From the NCBI GenBank assembly GCA_965219995.1, contig CBDCOX010000002.1:4896001-4960000 (forward strand): a stretch of DNA of 64,000 nucleotides, given 5' to 3'. The notes beneath the pieces are model-generated. The model was not told where the DNA came from and did no database searches. It saw nothing but the letters and a program-made list of their open reading frames with translations. Position 1 is the stretch's first letter. The number at the start of each line of letters is the position of its first letter. Below, piece after piece: positions 56,652 to 64,000 of the stretch. The translations under genes and the position numbers were made by a program. Source of the DNA: Candidatus Latescibacterota bacterium (GTDB lineage Bacteria > Latescibacterota > UBA2968 > GCA-2709665).

Positions 56652-58320
56652 CGGCGGCGTCCCGAATGGAATACCGGTAACCCTGTTCGGTGAGAAACAT
56701 CTGGCGCTTGCGCGCGAACTCCAGTTCCCGGGTATCCCGGGTAACCAGGGTGTAGAAATGGGCGAGGCTGCCGTTGGCCTTCGGCCGCAGGATGCGCCCC
56801 AGCCGCTGGGCCTCTTCCTGCCGGGAACCGAATGTCCCCGAAATCTGGATCGCCACGTTGGCGTCCGGCAGGTCGACGGCGAAATTCGCCACCTTGGAAA
56901 CGACCATCAGCCGCAATTCGCCTTTGCGGAAGCGCTCATAGAGCAGGTCGCGATCCTCGCTGGGCGTCTTGCCCGTGATGACGGGCGCTTTCAATTCTCT
57001 TGCGAAGGCCTCGACCTGGTCGACGTACTTGCCGATCACAAGGATCTGGTCCTTGTCGTGTTTCCGGATGAGCTGTTTGGCCAGCGGGATTTTGGACGGG
57101 TTCTCAGACGCGATCCGGAATTTCCCGCGGCCTCCGGCAACGGCATAGTCCAGGCGAAGATTCTGGGGCAACGGAAGGCGGATCTCACGGCACTCCGCGG
57201 TGGCGATCCAGCCCCTGGCCTCCAGGTCGCGCCATGGCACGTCGAAGCGCTTCGGGCCGATCAGACTGAAGACGTCCGCTTCCAGGCCGTCTTCCCGGAC
57301 AAGCGTGGCGGTGAGGCCCAGCCTGCGCCTCGCCTGCAGTTCGGCGGTAAAGCGGAAGACCGGAGCGGGCAGCAGATGGACCTCGTCGTAGATGATAATG
57401 CCCCAGTTTCCCTGGTTGAAGATGGCGAAGTGGGGAAACGCATCGCCCCTCTTTTTTCTGTACGTGAGGATATTGTACGTCGCGATGGTGATCGGGCGGA
57501 TCTCTTTGACCTCCCCGGAGTACTCGCCGATCTGGTCCGGCTTCAGGTCCGTCTTGTCCAGAAGTTCCGCCTTCCATTGGCGCGACGCGGTGATGTTGGT
57601 GGTGAGGATGAGCGCTTGCGTCTGCAGGCGTTCGAGCGCGGCGATGCCCACGATTGTCTTCCCCGCGCCGCAGGGAAGAACCACCACCCCGCTGCCGCCC
57701 TCGGGCCCGCCGCCGGCGTGAAAGATTTCCAGGGCCTCCCGCTGGTAGTCGCGTATGTGAAACGGCGGGCCGGCCAGGGTGGTCGCGCGCCGTTGCAGCG
57801 TCAGGCGCTGACCGGGCACGTACCCGGCGAGGTCCTTGACGGGAAAGCCGATGCGGGTGAGCGCCTGTTTCAGGTGGCCCCGGTACAGCAGATCGATCTT
57901 GAGGCGCCGCTCATCGATCCTTCGGTTCAGATACGGCCGTACCGACTTGTGCTGGCAGATTTCGGTGATGAGCAGGGGATCGTCGGCGGAGAGGACGAGG
58001 TCTTTCCCGGACCGTTCCAGCCGAATCCGGCCGTACCGACCCAGGGTCTCCCGGATTTCAACGGTGACGTTCTGAGGAATTTCGTATTTGCTGAAGGATT
58101 CCAGGGTCCCCGTGATTTCGTCGGCCGTGAGCCCCGCGGCGGCGGCGTTCCAGAGCGAAAGCGGGCTGATCCGGTAGCTGTGGATATATTCTGGGCTCTT
58201 TTCCAACTCGGCGAAGCGGGCAAGAACGTCCCGTGCGGCTTCGTACCGTGGTCCGCCGACCTCCGCGAGAACGGTCATGTCGCTCTGCACGATGAGTGGA
58301 TTCTGGGCGTTGAATGACAT
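56617..58320 (-). CDS. XPB/Ssl2/Rad25-family DNA repair helicase
   Basis: PLIVQSD..LARFAELEKSPEYIHSYRISPLSLWNA, LPCGAGKT, DEVH, LGLTAT, SRQEEAQRLGRILR; ATG 58320. Confidence 0.95.
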   Translation of the reverse strand: MSFNAQNPLIVQSDMTVLAEVGGPRYEAARDVLARFAELEKSPEYIHSYRISPLSLWNAAAAGLTADEITGTLESFSKYEIPQNVTVEIRETLGRYGRIRLERSGKDLVLSADDPLLITEICQHKSVRPYLNRRIDERRLKIDLLYRGHLKQALTRIGFPVKDLAGYVPGQRLTLQRRATTLAGPPFHIRDYQREALEIFHAGGGPEGGSGVVVLPCGAGKTIVGIAALERLQTQALILTTNITASRQWKAELLDKTDLKPDQIGEYSGEVKEIRPITIATYNILTYRKKRGDAFPHFAIFNQGNWGIIIYDEVHLLPAPVFRFTAELQARRRLGLTATLVREDGLEADVFSLIGPKRFDVPWRDLEARGWIATAECREIRLPLPQNLRLDYAVAGGRGKFRIASENPSKIPLAKQLIRKHDKDQILVIGKYVDQVEAFARELKAPVITGKTPSEDRDLLYERFRKGELRLMVVSKVANFAVDLPDANVAIQISGTFGSRQEEAQRLGRILRPKANGSLAHFYTLVTRDTRELEFARKRQMFLTEQGYRYSIRDAADVFKESGAAPV

Positions 58321-58521
58321 AGAGGATGGAGACAGGCGGGCGGTCGCCGGGAGAAAGCCGGGAAGGCAGAGACCCCTCGCGGAACGCCGTTGCCTGCCGC
58401 GAGGAATTCCGAGAATAATGCCGTTGCAAAGGCGGTATGCGGTATAAGAATACACATGGCGGAACCGATTGTCAATCGGTTTTGTCCGACCCGGCCCCCT
58501 GACGACTTCGAAGAGAATTAT

Positions 58522-58550
58522 TTGACTTTGACGCCTGGTTTACGTAATTT
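58522..58550 (+). promoter_or_regulatory. Putative sigma70 promoter
   Basis: TTGACT-17 nt-TAATTT upstream of the small Cys-rich gene. Confidence 0.4.
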
Positions 58551-58701
58551 TACATGCCTGTTAATATAAAGTGGGCCAGTCGTTTCCGGCGTCAACGTTC
58601 CACTTTGCCGCAGGGCATTTTCACATCGTGCGGCGCGGATTCGCGGTGCCTGGCGGCCCATTTCGGGAGGAGCCGCAAGTCACGTGGACGGGAGGGTCAG
58701 G

Positions 58702-58893
58702 ATGGAAAATCAACTGCCGCGGTGTCTGAAATGCGATAAGGGTGTTTTGCTGCCGCTGTCCGACTACGGGCGCGACGGCGCGCCCATTCACTACAAGGCC
58801 TGGGTTTGCAGCAGCCCGGACTGCGGGTTCAACCTGCGCATCGATAACGGCGAGATCAGCATGGGAAGAAACATCGCCGAGTCCTACAAATAA
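58702..58893 (+). CDS. Small zinc-ribbon-like protein (CxxC..CxxxxC), hypothetical
   Basis: PRCLKCDKGVLLPLSDYG..YKAWVCSSPDCGF; GGAGG RBS. Confidence 0.75.
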   Translation: MENQLPRCLKCDKGVLLPLSDYGRDGAPIHYKAWVCSSPDCGFNLRIDNGEISMGRNIAESYK

Positions 58894-59146
58894 CCCGGAC
58901 GGCGCGGCTGCCTGCCGCTTGACGGTCTCGCAGCGCGCGTCCGGCGCCGATATATCCGAAATCCGCGATGGCGGACGGATTCTTCGCGGCCCGGTGTCTC
59001 ATTGCCGACTGACGCCGTCTCAATTTCTGAAAGTTTCTTTCAACCGGCTTTCATTTTTTTCCCACCTCGCGCGGGACCATCCCCACATCAGTGGGGGTGG
59101 TGTTTTATTTTCTCCTTCCGCCTCCCCCTGATTCTTTAACGTTCAG

Positions 59147-60202
59147 ATGTCTAATCCATCCAGGGACTCCGTTCCGCCCGTATGGGATCGTCCTGTACTC
59201 GGCATCGAAACGTCGTGTGACGAAACGGCAGCCGCTGTCGTTGCCGGCGGCCGAATTCTGTCGAATATCATTTTTTCACAGACGGAACACAGCCTGTACG
59301 GCGGCGTGGTTCCGGAACTGGCGTCGCGGAACCACGTGCGCAAGATCGTTCCGGTTGTGCGCGAGGCCCTGGATCAGGCCGGAATCGGGCTGGATGACCT
59401 CGGCGGCATCGCGGTCACCCGGGGGCCGGGTCTCGTCGGGTGCCTTCTCGTGGGTATCTCGGCCGCCAGGGGGATGGCGCTCGGAAGCGGCCTTCCGCTG
59501 ATCGGCGTACATCATATCGAGGGGCATCTCTTCGCGGGACTGCTGGCGGAACCCGGCCTGCGTCCGCCCTTTCTCGCCCTGGTGATTTCCGGCGGCCATA
59601 CCCAGCTGATCCAGGTGCGCCGGTGGGGTCTGTACGAAATCCGCGGCGAAACGAGGGACGACGCGGCAGGGGAAGCCTTCGACAAGGTCGCGAAGATGCT
59701 GGGCCTGCTGAAGGCCGGTGAAACGACCATGGGCGGCCCGGTCATTGCCGGGCTGGCGGAACAGGGTGACGCCGACGCATTTGGTTTTCCGCGAGGGCTC
59801 CGGCACCGGGAGGGGTTCGAGTTCAGTTTCAGCGGAATCAAGACATCGGTTCTGTACCACCTGAAAGGCCGGCCCGAAGCCGACGTGGCGGTGGAACGAG
59901 CGGACATAGCGGCCAGTTTTCAGGCCGCGGTTGTCGACATTCTCGTGGAAAAGACCATAAAGGCCGCGGGCGCACTGGGCCTCAAGCGGATTCTGCTGAC
60001 GGGCGGCGTGGCGGCGAACCGGCGGCTGCGGGAAGAGATGCAGCGCGCCGCCCGTGACTGCGGTGCGGAGGTCTGTTTTCCGCCGCCGGTCCTGTGTACC
60101 GACAACGCGGCGATGATCGCCTGCGCCGGAGGGTTCCGGCTGGGCAGAGGCGAGCGGTCGGGGCGGGACCTGGATGCCGATCCGAGACTGAAGCTGGCCT
60201 GA
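59147..60202 (+). CDS. tsaD: tRNA N6-threonylcarbamoyladenosine synthesis protein TsaD
   Basis: LGIETSCDETAAA, GGVVPELASRNH, HHIEGH, SGGHT, DDAAGEAFDK, CTDNAAMIA. Confidence 0.97.
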   Translation: MSNPSRDSVPPVWDRPVLGIETSCDETAAAVVAGGRILSNIIFSQTEHSLYGGVVPELASRNHVRKIVPVVREALDQAGIGLDDLGGIAVTRGPGLVGCLLVGISAARGMALGSGLPLIGVHHIEGHLFAGLLAEPGLRPPFLALVISGGHTQLIQVRRWGLYEIRGETRDDAAGEAFDKVAKMLGLLKAGETTMGGPVIAGLAEQGDADAFGFPRGLRHREGFEFSFSGIKTSVLYHLKGRPEADVAVERADIAASFQAAVVDILVEKTIKAAGALGLKRILLTGGVAANRRLREEMQRAARDCGAEVCFPPPVLCTDNAAMIACAGGFRLGRGERSGRDLDADPRLKLA

Positions 60203-60232
60203 CCGGGCCTCACGCCATCCGATGAGTTTCCA

Positions 60233-62401
60233 ATGTTCCGGTTGTCAGATCTGGATCTGAGTTTGCGCGACGGATTGTGGCTGGGTCTGCTCGTACCGGT
60301 CTGCGTATACCTGGCCTGGCAGGCGTACCGCACCCGAAAACTGGAATTCCGGTTGGCACGCTGGTTGCTGGTATTGCGGTGCACGGCGTTTCTTCTTCTG
60401 CTGGTGCTGATGATGGAACCCGTCCTTGCGCTCACGGTGAGGCGCGAACGCAAGCCGCTCGTTGCCGTACTGGTGGACGACAGCGAGAGTATGCGGATCG
60501 AGGACGGCGGGCGGACGCGCGGCGACCGTGCGATGGACCTCCTGAGAAGCGGTGTGTTCGATGCGCTGGCGTCGCGCGCCCGGGTGGCCGGGTATCGCTT
60601 CTCCGAGTGGATGGCGCCCGTGCCGCCGTCGAGCCTGGACTCGCTGCGCTTCGACGGCCGGGCGACGGACCTGGCCGCCGCGCTGAATATGCTGCGTGAA
60701 GAGACGGCCGGCGAGGGACTGGTCGCGGCGGTGTTGATCTCCGACGGGGCTCACAACCTGGGAGCGAGGCCGGAAGCGGCCGCGCTCGCGCTGGGCGCCC
60801 CGGTAATTGCCGTGGGCGTGGGGAATGCGGATGCGCCGAAGGATGCGGCAATCGTGTCCGCCGTATGCGATCCGATGGGTTACGTCGGCCGGCCGCTGTC
60901 GATTTCGGTGGGACTGAAATCGAACGGATGTGAAGGCGCAACTTCCTTGCTGGTTGTCGAAGAGGACGGGCGCCGGTTGGCGGAGGCGCCGGTCACCCTG
61001 GCGGACGGCGAGCAGGAGGTCCGGTTTACCGTATCGCCTGAAAGGGCCGGACGGGCCGTTTACAAAGTTCATCTCGCCGTTCAGGCGGCGGAACGCTCCA
61101 GGGCGAACAACACCGCCGTCGTATCGGCTGAAGTTTTGGAGAACCGTCTGCAGGTTCTGATGGTCGCGGGTTCTCCAGGTGCGGACCTCGCCTATCTGCG
61201 CCGTTTGCTGGCAGCCAACGAGAATCTGCAGGTGGACGCGCACATTGCCCGAAAGCCGGAGGACTGGCCTTTTCGGATGCGGACGGCGTTGAGCGATGTC
61301 GGCAAGTCGGAACTCGTCGTCCTGTTCGATCTGCCCGGAGAGTTGCTCCTTGGGCCGCCGGGCCGTCGGCTGGCCGAATACGTGGAATCCGGAGGTGCGC
61401 TGCTCGTGGTGGGCGGACGGGCGGGATTCAACGGGGCGTACGCGCGGTCTCCCGTAGCGCGGGTGCTGCCGGTCCTGTGTTCGCCGGACGCGAGTACGTA
61501 TCGTGAGGCGTCATTCCGGCTCGAAGTGTCGCGGTCCGGAACCTTGCACCCGATTCTAAGGGTCTCGGACGACCCTTTGTCGGACCGGCAGGCCTGGAGC
61601 GATCTTCCTCCGCTTCTGGCGTGCAACCTCAATGAAGGTCTGCGACCGAATGCCGAAACCCTGATTTTTCATCCGGTCGAACGCGCCGGCCGGGAAAAGA
61701 TGCCTCTGGTTGCCGTGGGCCGCGCGGGCGCGGGAAAGGTGATGGCCGTGACGGTCAGAACGTTCTGGCGGCTCGGTCTCATGATGTGGGGTGTCGGCAG
61801 GAACGACGAAGTCTCGAAGGCGTTCTGGGCGAATTCGGTACAGTGGCTGACAAAGCGGGAGGACGTCGCCCGCGTACAGGTGGAAGTGGACAAACCGGTC
61901 TATCGCAGCGGTGCTCCTGTCACGTTTCACGCGCGGGTCTTCAACGAGCTGCTCCGGCCGCAGGAAGGCGCCCGCGTGTCGGTCTCTGTCGTGGACGGGG
62001 ACCGCGTGCGGGAGACGGTGTTGGACGACGAAGGCCAGGGTCGGTACCGCGGGCATCTGAAAGCGGGCGCCCAGGGCGATTATGGATTTGAAGCCCGGGC
62101 CCGCATGGGCGGCGTCGACCTGGGAAGCGGCGCCGGGCGGTTCACCGTGGGCCGGTACAGCCTGGAGTATGAAGACATGCGAATGAACCGGGATCTTCTG
62201 GAGGGTCTGGCCCGGCAGAGCGGCGGTGTCTATGCGTCGCCCGACCGTCTGGACGCGGTTCTGAACGACCTTGAACTGGCCCCCCAGCCGGTAGCGGAGG
62301 CGTACCGGACCCGGCTCTGGGGGAAACCGTGGCCGCTGTTCGTTCTCGTTCTGCTCCTTGGCGCGGAATGGACGGCCCGTCGCAGGCGGGGCATGATATG
62401 A
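60233..62401 (+). CDS. Membrane-anchored vWA + Ig + GATase-like protein
   Basis: N-terminal TMs, VLVDDSESM (MIDAS), LISDGAHN, YVESGGALLVVGG, C-terminal LLLGAEWTARRRRG. Confidence 0.8.
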   Translation: MFRLSDLDLSLRDGLWLGLLVPVCVYLAWQAYRTRKLEFRLARWLLVLRCTAFLLLLVLMMEPVLALTVRRERKPLVAVLVDDSESMRIEDGGRTRGDRAMDLLRSGVFDALASRARVAGYRFSEWMAPVPPSSLDSLRFDGRATDLAAALNMLREETAGEGLVAAVLISDGAHNLGARPEAAALALGAPVIAVGVGNADAPKDAAIVSAVCDPMGYVGRPLSISVGLKSNGCEGATSLLVVEEDGRRLAEAPVTLADGEQEVRFTVSPERAGRAVYKVHLAVQAAERSRANNTAVVSAEVLENRLQVLMVAGSPGADLAYLRRLLAANENLQVDAHIARKPEDWPFRMRTALSDVGKSELVVLFDLPGELLLGPPGRRLAEYVESGGALLVVGGRAGFNGAYARSPVARVLPVLCSPDASTYREASFRLEVSRSGTLHPILRVSDDPLSDRQAWSDLPPLLACNLNEGLRPNAETLIFHPVERAGREKMPLVAVGRAGAGKVMAVTVRTFWRLGLMMWGVGRNDEVSKAFWANSVQWLTKREDVARVQVEVDKPVYRSGAPVTFHARVFNELLRPQEGARVSVSVVDGDRVRETVLDDEGQGRYRGHLKAGAQGDYGFEARARMGGVDLGSGAGRFTVGRYSLEYEDMRMNRDLLEGLARQSGGVYASPDRLDAVLNDLELAPQPVAEAYRTRLWGKPWPLFVLVLLLGAEWTARRRRGMI

Positions 62402-64000
62402 TCGGGTTTGCGACCTGCCGGACCCCGTGGATTCGCTGCAACGGTTCCGTTGCCGGCGGCTTCATCGTGCTCCTTTCGATCCTGATTTCCTGGGGACGGG
62501 CCGAGTGTCGCGTGGTGATCAGCGAGGTGATGTTCGATCCATCCGGCAGCGAGTTCTACGACGAATATATCGAGATACAGAATACCGGCGACGGACCGGT
62601 GGATCTGGCGGGGTGGAGAGCCGGGGACGGCGACGAGGCGGACGAGCTTGTCTTCGAGGGCGGCGGGTCCGTGCTGCAGCCCGGTGCGTTCGGGCTGATT
62701 CTGGATGCCGGATATTTCGCGAACTCTACCCGTTACGATCCGCTGCCCGCTTCGGCATTGATCCTCACGGTCTCAGACGCCACGCTGGGGAGTTCCGGCC
62801 TGAGCAACTCTGCCCCGGAGCGGGTCGTGCTGGTTTCTTCGTCCGGCGATACCGTTGGCGCGATGGTCTACACCACGGGAAACAGACCTGGCTTTTCGGA
62901 AGAGAAAATCGATCCCGAGGGCGGTGACGCGCCGGATAACTGGATGGATTCAAGATGGGAAGGAGGGACGCCGGGGCGCGCCAACAGCGTCAGCCCCAGG
63001 GACTACGATCTGGCGCTGGCGAGGGTATCGGAATCGCCGTTTCCGGTACCGGCCGGCGTGTCCCGCGATTTTGTCCTGTCGGTGGAAAACCGGGGGCGTC
63101 GGCCGGCATCGGCGTTCTCGGTGGCGGTCGAGGGAATCTCCGGTTGGCGCAGGGATTTTCCGGGCCTGGGGCCGGCGGAAATTCTCCGGATCGAGGCGCC
63201 AATCGGAATCGTACCGCCCGGACAGCACGAATACGTGGCCCGGATCGCGTTCGATGCCGATGAGGAACCGTCGAACAACGAACTGACCTGGACGGTGCTT
63301 GGCGGCGCGGGGCCCGGCGCCGTGGTTGTCAATGAAGTCATGGTTTCACCCGAGGAAGGGGATCCGGAATGGGTGGAACTCGTCAACCGTTCAGGGCAGT
63401 CGCTGGACCTCATCGCATGGCGAACAGACGACGCTGCGTCCTCCGGTGGGACGTTCGGGCGCGAACCCCTTCTGCTGGCGCCGGATGAGTTCCTGGTGGT
63501 GGCCGAGGACATTGACGGGTTCTACAGCCGGTTCCCCGATCGGACCGTTCGCGTTGTTGCGCCCGGGCGGTGGGCCCGCCTGAACGACAGCGGGGACGCC
63601 GTGGTCGTTCGGGATGCGACCGACGGGGTTGTGGACAGGATGTCGTACGTCGAGGCGCCTGTGGAAGGGCGGTCGCTCGAGCGGATTTCTTGGTCGGGTT
63701 CCGGCGATGACCCTCAGAACTGGTTGGCGAGCACCGACATGGACGGTGCGACGCCGGGCCGTGAAAACAGCGTGGCGCAAGGAAGCGATATCGACGCCGT
63801 CCAGCTCCTTGCCGAGCCCAATCCGTTTTACGATCGGGTGGAAATACGCTATCTTCTTCCAGCCCCGCGCGCGGATGTGAATCTCTGGGTTTACGACAGG
63901 TCCGGCCACCCGGTCAAATCGCTCCTGAATGCCGCGGAAGGCGGAAGCCGGCGAAGCGTGACCTGGGACGGGACGGGTGACGACGGGGCGCTGTTGAAGC
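62398..64000 (+). CDS. Secreted lamin-tail-domain protein with C-terminal FlgD-Ig domain, 3'-truncated (absent from the ORF track)
   Basis: Manual translation from ATG 62398: VVISEVMFDPSGSEFYDEYIEIQNTGDGPVDLAGW; second VVVNEVM..EWVELVN; PNPF..VYDRSGHPVKSL..VTWDGT at the window end. Confidence 0.85.
   Translation, partial: MIGFATCRTPWIRCNGSVAGGFIVLLSILISWGRAECRVVISEVMFDPSGSEFYDEYIEIQNTGDGPVDLAGWRAGDGDEADELVFEGGGSVLQPGAFGLILDAGYFANSTRYDPLPASALILTVSDATLGSSGLSNSAPERVVLVSSSGDTVGAMVYTTGNRPGFSEEKIDPEGGDAPDNWMDSRWEGGTPGRANSVSPRDYDLALARVSESPFPVPAGVSRDFVLSVENRGRRPASAFSVAVEGISGWRRDFPGLGPAEILRIEAPIGIVPPGQHEYVARIAFDADEEPSNNELTWTVLGGAGPGAVVVNEVMVSPEEGDPEWVELVNRSGQSLDLIAWRTDDAASSGGTFGREPLLLAPDEFLVVAEDIDGFYSRFPDRTVRVVAPGRWARLNDSGDAVVVRDATDGVVDRMSYVEAPVEGRSLERISWSGSGDDPQNWLASTDMDGATPGRENSVAQGSDIDAVQLLAEPNPFYDRVEIRYLLPAPRADVNLWVYDRSGHPVKSLLNAAEGGSRRSVTWDGTGDDGALLK

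Noticed and set aside
56290-58317. 675-aa plus-strand ORF (likewise 40470-42269, 54105-54995, 4642-6093, 8393-9802, 12931-14256)
   Set aside because: Antisense shadows of well-supported genes in high-GC DNA, with no recognisable motifs.

Overview
GC-rich bacterial chromosome segment. The secreted WD40 proteins with DFDGDGxVGFxDF EF-hand/dockerin tails, the FlgD-Ig protein and the two PhyH dioxygenases suggest an FCB-group organism (Latescibacterota/Gemmatimonadota-like, possibly host- or sponge-associated); this is inference only. Layout: (1) 1-15.8 kb, a co-oriented cluster of unknown product: HemN-like radical SAM, two secreted PQQ-like beta-propellers, TonB-dependent receptor, phenylacetate-CoA-ligase-like enzyme, flavin-dependent halogenase-like enzyme, GT4 glycosyltransferase, small membrane protein, thioesterase and LolD/MacB-type ABC exporter. 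It is interrupted by a four-helix-bundle (23S rRNA IVP-like) gene held between inverted heptamer-repeat arms. (2) 15.8-26.6 kb, TAXI-TRAP transporter and catabolic genes. (3) 27-36.5 kb, two tandem giant metzincin-WD40-Big1-EF-hand proteins. (4) 37.6-53.4 kb, an accessory/defence region ending at tRNA-Ala(GGC): a type I R-M system (hsdM-hsdS-hsdR) split by Schlafen/AlbA_2, DUF559, PIN-domain, DUF6883/DUF4926 genes and orphan antitoxins. (5) 53.7-64 kb, housekeeping genes: ligA, DGGGP-synthase-like UbiA, XPB helicase, tsaD, vWA and lamin-tail proteins. The main non-coding feature is at least seven families of REP-like palindromes and short-period inverted repeat arms. They bracket small genes, delimit cassette-like units, and in one case sit in-frame inside hsdM. 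Family assignments come from motif recognition only; no database searches were run.
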